The notes: generated by a model from the letters alone, not told the origin. 36,764 nucleotides of DNA from a virus (IMGVR_UViG_3300032136_000011:1-36764); one strand, 5' to 3'. Counted from the first letter of the stretch, positions 1 to 8,543 are shown. Translations and numbers: made by a program.

Positions 1-127
1 ATTAGCAGAAGCATTTTTAACGATAGCGTCTGCATCGTCGAAGTCGTCTATCTCATCTCCTGGGCTTTCAGCAGCATAGGTAGGAAGTGGGTTATTTTCT
101 GTATACTCATTTCCGCTAAAATCGGAT
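1..127. repeat. Exact 127-bp terminal duplication (copy at 36638-36764); circular assembly overlap
   Basis: ATTAGCAGAAGC...AAAATCGGAT is identical at both ends; 127 is a common assembler k-mer length; an ORF reads through the join. Confidence 0.95.
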
Positions 128-279
128 AAATGGGCCTTAGTATGGAGTCTTTTATCTGCTACGGTAGCAGTCTCGTTAGCTCCGTCTGGGTTATCCCCGT
201 CTTGTACTTTAATTAGTACTCTCTCGTCTAAATCCTGCTTAGACCTAACTGGTAATTGACTATCGTAATCAGTCGCCAT
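1..279 (-). CDS. 5' part of a 184-aa beta-rich virion-associated protein spanning the circular junction (MATDYDSQLPVR...)
   Basis: Hand-translated from the ATG at 279 with an AAGGAG RBS; open through the join to TAA at 36362; not in the ORF track. Confidence 0.85.
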   Translation of the reverse strand, partial: MATDYDSQLPVRSKQDLDERVLIKVQDGDNPDGANETATVADKRLHTKAHLSDFSGNEYTENNPLPTYAAESPGDEIDDFDDADAIVKNASAN

Positions 280-281
280 AT

Positions 282-464
282 TTACTCCTTCCCTTGGATT
301 TCGTTAATTAGCTCTTCTTCTCTTTTTTCCTGAGATTTAATATTTTCTTTTAATCTTTCTATATCCGCTAATCTTTCTAAGATTTTGAACTCCATTTCCT
401 GCTTAGCGTAGCGTACTCTGGATAACTCTAACTCTTTTCTAGACTTCTCTAAATCAGATATCAT
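282..464 (-). CDS. Small coiled-coil hypothetical protein
   Basis: 60-aa charged helical ORF packed between its neighbours in the late operon. Confidence 0.7.
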   Translation of the reverse strand: MISDLEKSRKELELSRVRYAKQEMEFKILERLADIERLKENIKSQEKREEELINEIQGKE

Positions 465-936
465 ACTCTTCTACCTTAATCGTACCATTAAAATCAGTGG
501 GTACGCTTCCTCTATTAACTACAAAAACTTCTATTTTATCAGAAGCTAAAAGCTTTAAATCGTCAAGGGGGATACTAGCGTTAAAATCGGCCCACCATGT
601 ACGTACTTTAGCCTCTACGTTACTATTAATTTTTACTATAAAGTTAGCGATATTATCTCCGCTACCTAGTACCGTATTTAGTACGGCCCCTTTTCCTGCT
701 GGTACTGTATAGGTCGCTATTAGCTGCTCGCTACCTACTGCTACCGCAGCTACTTCGTTATAAGTAGTGATTATATCCCCTACAGGAGCTTCCGTTATAC
801 GGTATACGTCTCCCTCTGGCTGTCTAGCTAGTACCTGCTTAGCTGGGGTACTATCTCCGAAGTCGTTAAAGACTCCTTTTTCCATGGTATCGAAATTTTT
901 TTCTCTAGAATATTCGGTTTTATATGTAGTACTCAT
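454..936 (-). CDS. Beta-sandwich virion-associated protein (possible decoration or spike)
   Basis: 160 aa, alternating beta pattern, YTVPAGK motif shared with the junction protein, downstream of the capsid gene. Confidence 0.6.
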   Translation of the reverse strand: MSTTYKTEYSREKNFDTMEKGVFNDFGDSTPAKQVLARQPEGDVYRITEAPVGDIITTYNEVAAVAVGSEQLIATYTVPAGKGAVLNTVLGSGDNIANFIVKINSNVEAKVRTWWADFNASIPLDDLKLLASDKIEVFVVNRGSVPTDFNGTIKVEEYDI

Positions 937-946
937 AACATACCTT

Positions 947-963
947 TAGAGGCCAGGCCTCTA
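947..963. other. Intergenic hairpin TAGAGGC-CAG-GCCTCTA
   Basis: 7-bp inverted repeat in a short intergenic gap; no U-tract. Confidence 0.45.
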
Positions 964-977
964 TGCTAGGATAAATC

Positions 978-1190
978 CTAGTCGATCTGCGCCAGAGCTT
1001 CTTTAACCCTAGCAGGTAGTCTTCTTTTTGCATTAATTAATGCATAGTGCTTTTTACCGTCGCTCCATATGCTATTAAGCTGGAAGACGATATTAATTAG
1101 CCGAAGCTTAGAGGCCAGTAGCTCTGCGCTACTCGCCTCTATAACTTCGACGTATTTAAAAAAATTCTGTTCGCTCGTTTGAGACTGCAT
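978..1190 (-). CDS. Hypothetical protein
   Basis: 70-aa ORF directly after the capsid gene on the same strand. Confidence 0.7.
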   Translation of the reverse strand: MQSQTSEQNFFKYVEVIEASSAELLASKLRLINIVFQLNSIWSDGKKHYALINAKRRLPARVKEALAQID

Positions 1191-1201
1191 TTAACCCTTT
1201 A

Positions 1202-2077
1202 TTAAGCGTTAACTACAGATACGTGCATTTTATCACCTTCGATACCGATAGCGGCTCCGCCTACTACGTCTACAGAGATAACGTATCCGAACTCTTCGTT
1301 GCTATGAAGGTCTGATACTTTAAATCTAGCACTCATCTGAGTTACCATATGGCAGAAAGCAGGGTGAAAGAAAAGAGCAGCAGGATTTCCAGTAGTAGGA
1401 GAAAGGCTGTCTAGTCCGTCTGAGTTATCTTCGATGATATTAAATCCGTAACGACGAGAAACGATTTCTCCGCCTACTACGGGCTGGTCTGCTACATAGT
1501 CTGTAGAAGTGATAGTCTTAGTAGAGTCCATTAGGTCGCCATAGTAGTCTGGGCTTAAAAGTCCATACCAGCCTGGAGACTTAGGCCATTTTTGCTTTCC
1601 AGCGATAACTCTAATCGCTTTAAGCTGCGCACCGTCCATAGCAGCTACCCCAGTTAAAGCCTGTCCAGCAGCAGGAGCTACTAGAGAGTAAAGGTAGTTA
1701 TTGATTTCGGTATTCATAGCGTCTACTAGAGCTTCTCTAATTTCGCTTCTTTCCTCAGTAATCTGAGATTGAAGTCCTACTAGGTCTTCGAATTTATAAG
1801 ATGCTACGAAGCGTCTATCGGCTTTAATGTCTACATAGTCTGTAGTCAATTGAGCAGGAGTAAAAGTATTATCTCCAGCAGCTCCGATAGTCTTAGTCTC
1901 TCCAGCAGGCTTTTTAACCTGGGATACTCTAACCGTATCACCTTGTCTTCTAATGCTTCCGTCGTATCTTTTATCGACTAGAGCTAGAAGTGGGTTACTT
2001 TCTCTCAATTCTGGCATAAATAAATCAGACCAGAAAGTTTGAATCTGATTTTGAACCTGTGCTAATTCTGTTAACAT
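1202..2077 (-). CDS. Major capsid protein (HK97 fold, P22-coat-like family)
   Basis: 291 aa; YDGSIRRQGDTVRV motif and GEIVSRRYGFNIIEDN segment typical of P22-gp5-like coats; GGAGG RBS; follows scaffold. Confidence 0.85.
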   Translation of the reverse strand: MLTELAQVQNQIQTFWSDLFMPELRESNPLLALVDKRYDGSIRRQGDTVRVSQVKKPAGETKTIGAAGDNTFTPAQLTTDYVDIKADRRFVASYKFEDLVGLQSQITEERSEIREALVDAMNTEINNYLYSLVAPAAGQALTGVAAMDGAQLKAIRVIAGKQKWPKSPGWYGLLSPDYYGDLMDSTKTITSTDYVADQPVVGGEIVSRRYGFNIIEDNSDGLDSLSPTTGNPAALFFHPAFCHMVTQMSARFKVSDLHSNEEFGYVISVDVVGGAAIGIEGDKMHVSVVNA

Positions 2078-2095
2078 TTTCCCTCCCTGGGTAGG

Positions 2096-2749
2096 TTATT
2101 TAAGCGTAACGTCTTTCATACGCTTCTTTCTTTCTTCTACTGGTAACTTTTTCCACTGTTCTACTGTTAACTTGGTACTAGCTCCGCTTGGAGTACCGTT
2201 AGGAAGATTAGCCGCATTTCCGAAGTCGATTAGCTCTTTATAATTTTCGATAAAGTTATTTACCGATTTATTTAAAGAGGCCTCGTCGATCTGGCCATTT
2301 TCGGGATTAGTAGCGATAGACTCAAAATCTACCATGTTCCAATACTCTTCCCTTTTAATCTTCCCGCCTAATGCCCTTTCGAAGGCCGCAGCCTTTTTAA
2401 AGTTATTAATAGCGGTATCCCTAACTTCTACCTCGCCTCTAGCCTTAGCTAAAGTCTCCTCCATTTCTTTAATCTGAGCTTCTCGCTGCTCCAGTAGGAC
2501 GTTATACTGTCCTTCTTTCTTTAGCCGCTCTTCTTCTAGCTCCCTTTTTTGCTGTTCAGCTTCGGACTCTTTAGCTTTATACTGCTGGAAGCCTTCTTTA
2601 TAACGCTTAGACTCTTCGAGTATGCGCTCTTTAGACTTCTTTTCGCTTTCTAGAGTCTCAGAGAGACTGGAAATCTGAGCCTGTAGCTCTTCTAATGTAG
2701 GGGTCTTTTGGCCTTCGCCATCGATAGAACCTTCGTTCTCAGTAGACAT
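2096..2749 (-). CDS. Capsid scaffolding protein
   Basis: 217 aa, acidic N-terminus, long coiled coil, PNGTPSG linker and short C-terminal helix; immediately upstream of capsid. Confidence 0.8.
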   Translation of the reverse strand: MSTENEGSIDGEGQKTPTLEELQAQISSLSETLESEKKSKERILEESKRYKEGFQQYKAKESEAEQQKRELEEERLKKEGQYNVLLEQREAQIKEMEETLAKARGEVEVRDTAINNFKKAAAFERALGGKIKREEYWNMVDFESIATNPENGQIDEASLNKSVNNFIENYKELIDFGNAANLPNGTPSGASTKLTVEQWKKLPVEERKKRMKDVTLK

Positions 2750-2762
2750 AGTTACTCCTTTA

Positions 2763-2792
2763 ATTATTTTTTACTACCGACCTCGTTGTCAA
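2763..2792 (-). promoter_or_regulatory. Sigma70-like promoter for scaffold and capsid
   Basis: Minus strand TTGACA (2792-2787), 18-nt spacer, AATAAT (2768-2763). Confidence 0.6.
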
Positions 2793-2815
2793 TAGTTTTA
2801 GTAAAAAACTTTAAA

Positions 2816-3526
2816 TTATTTTATGTACTTCCTAATGATCTGTCTAATTTCTCTACTAATTTCGTTTTTTTGAGACTTAGTAAATCCCATAAATACTCTG
2901 TCCATGCCTTCCAGGATTTTAACTAGAGCTTTATTACCTATCCGAGCTGGATAACCGAATAGGTCTTTTCCTCGTCTATCCCCTACTACTATCTTAAATC
3001 CTACTTTTCCGCTCTGGTTACGTAGTCTCACAGTCGATAATGCTCGAAGGAGCTGCCCAGTAGCAGTTAGGTTAGATTTAGACGGGGTAGTGGTGGAAGC
3101 GAGCGTCGATAATCTCTTTTCTGGCTTCTTTTTGGCCTTCTTCTTTTTAGAAAAGATGCGTTTTACTCGCTGGACGGCCTTTTTAATTCTACTTTTCTGC
3201 TTTCTTTTATTTTTCTCGCTATCTGGCTTTAAGGCTTTAGCGGTCTTAGCTTTCCCGCCTACTTTAATAATCCTACCGTCGCTTAGCGTATACCAGCGGG
3301 CTTCGCCTCGCCTGGCCTCTTTATAATTTTCGGATAATTTAGGAAATTTATAGGAAGCTCCCGTCTCAGGGTCGACTCCGATACCTAGCTGGGTACGTTT
3401 TACGATTTTATCTTTAACTGAGTCTGCATATTTCTGGTCGATACCTTTTTCCAGAGCTTCTGCGGTACGCTCGTCTAATATCTTCCTTAAATCTATGGAA
3501 ATGGTATCTGCGTTACGTATACTCAT
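2816..3526 (-). CDS. Virion morphogenesis / tail-completion-like protein with a basic insertion
   Basis: KRTQLG...SENYK...NLTATGQLLRAL motifs of the phage virion morphogenesis family; paralog of 3526-4032. Confidence 0.6.
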   Translation of the reverse strand: MSIRNADTISIDLRKILDERTAEALEKGIDQKYADSVKDKIVKRTQLGIGVDPETGASYKFPKLSENYKEARRGEARWYTLSDGRIIKVGGKAKTAKALKPDSEKNKRKQKSRIKKAVQRVKRIFSKKKKAKKKPEKRLSTLASTTTPSKSNLTATGQLLRALSTVRLRNQSGKVGFKIVVGDRRGKDLFGYPARIGNKALVKILEGMDRVFMGFTKSQKNEISREIRQIIRKYIK

Positions 3527-4032
3527 TACTCAATATCCAGTATATTTTCTGCGATACCTGCTGCAGCGGCCGCTCTGAGAGTATTAAATACAGCTTCCTC
3601 GCCTCCGTCTTTATATTTTTCTTTAATTTTAGTTAGCTCAGTACGCTGTATCCCCATAAAATCTCGCTTTTTTCCACGTATGGGAGCGTCCTGGCCATAT
3701 GTACCTTTAATATTACCTTCTGCTTTAGCGTTATTAAAGTCGTCGTCGGCTGGTATGCCTATAGTTAGACTCCCAGGAGCGGAGTCTAGGAGAGTTAGGG
3801 CATTTAACATCTCGCCCGATAGCGTTAGATTAACCTTCTTCCCTTTTCCTGCCAGCTTAAAGTCGAAAGAGCCTTTATAGCTATCTGAGTAGCCCTTAAA
3901 GTCTTTCCCCTTTTTATCTTTTCCCTTCTGAGTACGCTCGATAATATGATCTATGATATCTACAGCGATAGCAGCTCTAGTCTCTGCATCTAATCCCTTA
4001 GCTACTTTAACTGTAAATTTCTGCTGTGCCAT
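3526..4032 (-). CDS. Virion morphogenesis / tail-completion-like protein
   Basis: ERTQKGKD...YSDSYK...VNLTLSGEMLNAL...KRDFMGI motifs. Confidence 0.65.
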   Translation of the reverse strand: MAQQKFTVKVAKGLDAETRAAIAVDIIDHIIERTQKGKDKKGKDFKGYSDSYKGSFDFKLAGKGKKVNLTLSGEMLNALTLLDSAPGSLTIGIPADDDFNNAKAEGNIKGTYGQDAPIRGKKRDFMGIQRTELTKIKEKYKDGGEEAVFNTLRAAAAAGIAENILDIE

Positions 4033-4043
4033 AGTATCTCCAT

Positions 4044-4079
4044 AAAAAAGACGGGAGCTAACGAGGTAAAACTCCCGCC
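4044..4079 (-). terminator. Rho-independent terminator-like hairpin within the late operon
   Basis: Minus strand GGCGGGAGT-(12-nt loop)-GCTCCCGTC followed by TTTTTT. Confidence 0.6.
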
Positions 4080-4085
4080 CTCCGC

Positions 4086-4105
4086 AGAGTCAATCCGTTG
4101 ACTCT
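4086..4105. other. Perfect 8-bp hairpin AGAGTCAA-TCCG-TTGACTCT
   Basis: Inverted repeat directly upstream of the terminator-like hairpin on the minus strand. Confidence 0.6.
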
Positions 4106-4280
4106 ACTTATAAGCTGCGATTTCTTCTTTAGAATATGCTGGAGTCTTATGGCCAGCCGCTTTTCTTTTAGCGTTACGGTCTTCCATAAATTTAACTTTT
4201 CCAGAGTCTTTAGCCTTTTTAGTTACTTTTTTAGCTGGCTTCTTTACTTCTTTTTCTTCTTTAACTTCTACATTTTCCAT
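4104..4280 (-). CDS. 58-aa Lys/Glu-rich small protein (MENVEVKEEKEVKKPAKKVTKKAK...)
   Basis: Hand-translated; AAGGAG RBS overlapping the end of the portal gene; below the ORF-track cutoff. Confidence 0.75.
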   Translation of the reverse strand: MENVEVKEEKEVKKPAKKVTKKAKDSGKVKFMEDRNAKRKAAGHKTPAYSKEEIAAYK

Positions 4281-4282
4281 AA

Positions 4283-5821
4283 TTACTCCTTTATGTCTTC
4301 GTTGTCTTCTGCGCTATCTGGTGCATTTTCCTCGTTAATTGGTGCGATAGGTGCGTTTTTATTAATAGGGTCTTCTTCGTTATCTGGGTCGATATCGTCT
4401 TCTACTTCTTTCGAGCCGATTTCGTATCTAGGCTCCCCATATTCGAAGAAAATCTGATTAATTTCTTCTTCGGTCGCATAGGGATGTAGTCTTTTAATCT
4501 CTTTTTCTCTATAGCTTAGCCCATTTTGCAACATAGATACTGCGTTATTAATCTCGGTAGTATAATCGAGCTTGGCCATTGGCTCTTTAAATTCGATAGA
4601 GATACTATCCTTAATAGCTTCTACGTCTACTTTACGTAGCCCTAAGTCTCTAGACTCTGGGAGAGTTAGCCAGTAGTTATTTAATTTCGCTAATAAGATA
4701 AATAGCTGCTTTTCTTCTTTAGCTAGGTAGCTAATAGATTTCTTCCTAGCTTCTGTAGTGTCTAGCTCATCCATGGCCTTAGACAGACCCGAAGCGATAT
4801 CCTGGCTGTCTAACTGAGTAATGCTTCCCGCATCTATCCCCTTAGTATCTAGCCATAATGCTAATACGTTTTTGAACCACGTTAGAGCTTTATCGCTATC
4901 TACTTCTGGCTTAATAGTACCTATCTGGGCCGTTTTATCTGATTTATCTCTACTGGATAAATCCCAGATAGCATTAGGACTCATAGTAGCATCGTTAAAT
5001 TCTACGTCGATACCATAGATTAATGTAAAGCACTGAAACATTATGGCCCCGTTAATATCTGATAACATTAGCGGTAGTATCTGGGCCAATTTTCTAAAGT
5101 CTGTATCCTGTTTAGGTACGATATTCGATACCGACCTATTTCCATATACGAAAGGGATACAGCCTAGCGGATTTCTATACTGTAATTTCTCTGCGATTTC
5201 TGGTAGCCAGTCGCCATCTTCTGTAAATCCGATTATCTCGGTATCCGTATAGGCTATATACCATTTCTTTTCTACGATTTTATCTTTCTTCGTAGTATCT
5301 TCGATTTCCTGTCTTTCTACTGTACCCATAAATTCTACGAAGACGCTCGGATACATAGTATCGGAGGGGTCGTCTGCTTTTACGTAAAATTTATCGTAGG
5401 GTAGAACGTCCATTTTAATTTCGCCACGATTAGTTAATTTAGGTTTGAGTGCATAGCCTCTATTTAGATGCGAGTACTCTTCGGCCAGGCCCATTTTATT
5501 ATCTACGTCGATATACCTTTCGTACTCTTTTAAAAACTCCTGGTCGTCGCATTTTCTCAAAGGACTATCTGCATAGGATTTAGCTAATTTATCGACTATT
5601 TTCTGGATAAAATTTATCGGTAATATACGATGCTTAATCAGTTTATAATAACGCTCGTCTAGCGTCTCCTGCATTAACTTTTCTACATATTCTAGGAGAT
5701 TTCCCTCGTAGATATCTAGTATCTCTTCGTTATGCTCGTAGAAGATATCTAAGTCCTTTATATCTTCTAGTAGCTCGTCTATGCGCTCTTTTAGCGGCTT
5801 CGCTTCTTTAAAATCTATCAT
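4283..5821 (-). CDS. Portal protein (SPP1 gp6-like)
   Basis: 512 aa, follows terL; NFIQKIVDKLA, NPLGCIPFV and ASGLSK motifs; acidic tail. Confidence 0.85.
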   Translation of the reverse strand: MIDFKEAKPLKERIDELLEDIKDLDIFYEHNEEILDIYEGNLLEYVEKLMQETLDERYYKLIKHRILPINFIQKIVDKLAKSYADSPLRKCDDQEFLKEYERYIDVDNKMGLAEEYSHLNRGYALKPKLTNRGEIKMDVLPYDKFYVKADDPSDTMYPSVFVEFMGTVERQEIEDTTKKDKIVEKKWYIAYTDTEIIGFTEDGDWLPEIAEKLQYRNPLGCIPFVYGNRSVSNIVPKQDTDFRKLAQILPLMLSDINGAIMFQCFTLIYGIDVEFNDATMSPNAIWDLSSRDKSDKTAQIGTIKPEVDSDKALTWFKNVLALWLDTKGIDAGSITQLDSQDIASGLSKAMDELDTTEARKKSISYLAKEEKQLFILLAKLNNYWLTLPESRDLGLRKVDVEAIKDSISIEFKEPMAKLDYTTEINNAVSMLQNGLSYREKEIKRLHPYATEEEINQIFFEYGEPRYEIGSKEVEDDIDPDNEEDPINKNAPIAPINEENAPDSAEDNEDIKE

Positions 5822-7263
5822 ACCTTCGACCTCATTACTGATTTTTTAGGGTTAGAATATCTGTTAATTAAATAATCTATCCAATATGTTATGGCAGTCG
5901 TAACGTGCTGCTGCTCTAATGTATCGTCTTCTACATTATCAGCCCCCTTTTTAGGCTCTGTCAATCGGAAGCCCTCGTCTACCCAGTCGCAGCCTTTATA
6001 AACATAGAAGCGGATATCTCCCTTCTCATTTTCCATAACTCCATTAGCTGTATTATGCCTTCTACGTAGTGGGGGATTTTTGCGGGGAAGGCATAGCTCG
6101 AATTGCAATAGGGAGCCGTCTTTACGTCGATAATTAGCTATAAAATGCTCGATAATCTCATAGTCCGAGCGTATCGAGCGGGTATCTGCATTTTTACCTG
6201 TAGCATCTCCGAATACTCTCCAGCGTACAGGTAACTCGAAGGCCCCGTCTGCTGCCATTTCTTCTAGAAGCGAGTCGGTACGCATCGTCTCTGCGTGATA
6301 CTCTTTAAATATATGGAAAGTATCTCCTATATATTGGCCTAATGCCCAGGACATAGGCTTTCCCTTTCCTATGTTAAAGTCGGCCATTAAATCTACTGGG
6401 TATTTAGGGTCTAACTGATAGACTTCTTCTCTTTTAAAATGCTTATTAGAGTCGTAGGCATAATATACCCTATCGCTATCTATTTCTACCCATAGACCCC
6501 GAAGCTGCCTATCGGCTTCCTTTTTCGTTAAATTGTTTTTGAGAAATTCGACGTAGTTACTATCCAGAAATGGGTTATCGGTCGTGATACTATAATAGAC
6601 ATGAGTACCAGGCTCATGCGCTCTTTCTATAAAGTCTTTATGTATCCAATGAGCGGGAGAGTCTGGGTTAGTTAATAATAATAAAGTATTTTCCTTAATA
6701 TGGGGGATACGATTAAGACGCTGCATAATCTCTCTAATCGCTTGTTTATCTTCTGCATTATTTTCTGTAGCTTCTTCGATAATGGCCATGGAGATTTTAA
6801 GCGACCTAAACTTTTTATACCTTTTATCCCCCCACGTTCTACTAAATATCTCAGACTTAGTTTTAGGAAAATATATCCTACATACCGTATCATAGGTTAC
6901 GTAGTCTTCTCCTTCTACTAACGTCTCGTCTGCGTCTAATAGCTCTACGATATCTGAGTAGATAGTATCCCTTAAATCGGGAAGCCCTCGTCTACCTAGT
7001 AGACATTTAGCCCGCTTAAATTTAGTACAGTGATTAATGGCCATAAAGCCAGCTAATGTCGTCTTAGCAGACCCTACGCTCCCAGAAAATAGGACTCGCT
7101 GTACTCCTAAGTGATACTCCCAGGTATTGGCCTGCTCCCATAATACTCGATACTGCCATTTAATTTTACGTGGGTCGAAAGTAGAGTAGGAGAGTAGCTG
7201 CTCTGCGTATAGGTCGCTAAATGTCGGCTCCGTAGCTACTGCAGTACTGGCCATGGCTTCCAA
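5818..7263 (-). CDS. terL: Terminase large subunit
   Basis: Walker A GSVGSAKT, Walker B variant MAIIEEA, motif III LTNP, DNPFL, nuclease ADFN and GDATG. Confidence 0.92.
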   Translation of the reverse strand: MEAMASTAVATEPTFSDLYAEQLLSYSTFDPRKIKWQYRVLWEQANTWEYHLGVQRVLFSGSVGSAKTTLAGFMAINHCTKFKRAKCLLGRRGLPDLRDTIYSDIVELLDADETLVEGEDYVTYDTVCRIYFPKTKSEIFSRTWGDKRYKKFRSLKISMAIIEEATENNAEDKQAIREIMQRLNRIPHIKENTLLLLTNPDSPAHWIHKDFIERAHEPGTHVYYSITTDNPFLDSNYVEFLKNNLTKKEADRQLRGLWVEIDSDRVYYAYDSNKHFKREEVYQLDPKYPVDLMADFNIGKGKPMSWALGQYIGDTFHIFKEYHAETMRTDSLLEEMAADGAFELPVRWRVFGDATGKNADTRSIRSDYEIIEHFIANYRRKDGSLLQFELCLPRKNPPLRRRHNTANGVMENEKGDIRFYVYKGCDWVDEGFRLTEPKKGADNVEDDTLEQQHVTTAITYWIDYLINRYSNPKKSVMRSKV

Positions 7264-7442
7264 TGCCCTATTTTTGATTTCTCGATACGATATTTCCTAT
7301 TTTCGTAAATGATACCATTATATTTATTAACGAGTAGCCCTCTAAATATGATACGCTCCTCATTATCTGAGTATATCTGCATTATCTTAATCTTTAGGTC
7401 GGTATTATCTGCTGAATATGAGCGACCTTTTTCTAGCTTCAT
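7236..7442 (-). CDS. Hypothetical protein between terS and terL
   Basis: 68-aa ORF overlapping both neighbours on the same strand. Confidence 0.65.
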   Translation of the reverse strand: MKLEKGRSYSADNTDLKIKIMQIYSDNEERIIFRGLLVNKYNGIIYENRKYRIEKSKIGHWKPWPVLQ

Positions 7443-7921
7443 AGCTCATCGGGCTTCTTCGTTAAATCGAAGGCCAGGCCGTAGCCTTTTACTTCGTGGG
7501 TATTTTCAGTCTCTACATGAGAAGACTCTCTCATACCATGATTATTAATCGCCATAAACTTAGAAAAAGATGCGCTATAGTTACCATTAGTCGCATGGAC
7601 TTGGAGAAATCGCTTCTGCATGGCCTTGGCCATCTTGAGAGCTTTAGAAAAGTCTGGGTGCGTATTTCCCCAGACGCTAATAGTCTCAGGAGCTACCTTG
7701 CAGATTTCGAAAGCGAAGCCTTCTAACGTAGGTATGTCGTTAGCTCTTTTCTCGATAACTGTCTTTACAGCTCCAGAAGCAGACATTTTTTCCACTTCCT
7801 CCTCGATATATAGCGGCTGGTCGAAGTATTCGACTAAAGCCTCGCAAAATTCTTTTCGGTATTTAGGGGGTCGCCCGAAGACATAACCTTCTGGCTTTTC
7901 TGATTTCGACTTTTTAGCCAT
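7439..7921 (-). CDS. terS: Terminase small subunit
   Basis: GRPPKY...FCEAL and PTLEGFA...ETISVW...HPDFSKA HTH-type motifs; upstream of terL. Confidence 0.85.
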   Translation of the reverse strand: MAKKSKSEKPEGYVFGRPPKYRKEFCEALVEYFDQPLYIEEEVEKMSASGAVKTVIEKRANDIPTLEGFAFEICKVAPETISVWGNTHPDFSKALKMAKAMQKRFLQVHATNGNYSASFSKFMAINNHGMRESSHVETENTHEVKGYGLAFDLTKKPDEL

Positions 7922-7964
7922 TTACATAACCTTCGTTATAGTTTAGCCCTTCGGCTTTAATCTA

Positions 7965-7993
7965 AGTATTTACTTTTTATGCACTTCTGTCAA
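7965..7993 (-). promoter_or_regulatory. Sigma70-like leftward promoter for the packaging/structural arm
   Basis: Minus strand TTGACA (7993-7988), 17-nt spacer, AATACT (7970-7965). Confidence 0.65.
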
Positions 7994-8007
7994 TTATTAG
8001 AGGTTTA

Positions 8008-8016
8008 TGGTATAAT
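8008..8016 (+). promoter_or_regulatory. Extended -10 rightward promoter
   Basis: TGGTATAAT (TGnTATAAT) upstream of the AGGAGG RBS and ATG at 8042. Confidence 0.65.
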
Positions 8017-8041
8017 GCGTTAATATAACTAGGAGGTATTA

Positions 8042-8182
8042 ATGGAAGAAGACGAGAGACTCTGCGACTGCGGTAGCTGTAGATACTGCGACGCTTTCGA
8101 CTCTAGCGACTACGATTACGAAGGAGAAGGCTTTCTCTGTTCGACTTGTAACGGAGCGGGCTGCGCTCGCTGTGAGGAGTGA
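8042..8182 (+). CDS. 46-aa acidic, 8-Cys metal-binding miniprotein
   Basis: Hand-translated MEEDERLCDCGSCRYCDAFDSSDYDYEGEGFLCSTCNGAGCARCEE; AGGAGG RBS. Confidence 0.8.
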   Translation: MEEDERLCDCGSCRYCDAFDSSDYDYEGEGFLCSTCNGAGCARCEE

Positions 8183-8184
8183 TT

Positions 8185-8325
8185 ATGCTTAGCATCTTAT
8201 TATCTGTATCATTTATTATTTTTACTACGACTAAGGCCGACCCAGGCCCGCCTAAAGACTTAGAATTAATCGACGGCCTTAATGTTATTACCTACATAGA
8301 GGAAATGGCCGAAGACGAGCGATAG
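8185..8325 (+). CDS. 46-aa protein with an N-terminal hydrophobic, signal-like segment
   Basis: Hand-translated MLSILLSVSFIIFTTTKADPGPPKDLELIDGLNVITYIEEMAEDER; GAGGAG RBS. Confidence 0.65.
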   Translation: MLSILLSVSFIIFTTTKADPGPPKDLELIDGLNVITYIEEMAEDER

Positions 8326-8333
8326 GAGGAAAT

Positions 8334-8543
8334 ATGGCCAAAAAGAAGAAAGAATATGAAGTAAAAATACCAGTATCTCAGTACTGGGTATTTAGTTGTA
8401 AAGCATATTCTAAAAAAGAAATTTTAGAAGCCTTAAAAAATAATAAAGAGCATGAGTTAGAAGACTGGGAGCAGATATACGGGATAGCTGCTCCGATGGG
8501 GGCTTCTAAAACTATTGTTTTACAGTACCCAGAAGAAGACTAA
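8334..8543 (+). CDS. Hypothetical protein
   Basis: 69 aa, AGGAGG RBS. Confidence 0.75.
   Translation: MAKKKKEYEVKIPVSQYWVFSCKAYSKKEILEALKNNKEHELEDWEQIYGIAAPMGASKTIVLQYPEED

Noticed and set aside
1-127. 127-bp repeat as a biological direct terminal repeat
   Set aside because: The length matches a standard assembler k-mer and it falls mid-gene; best explained as a circular assembly overlap
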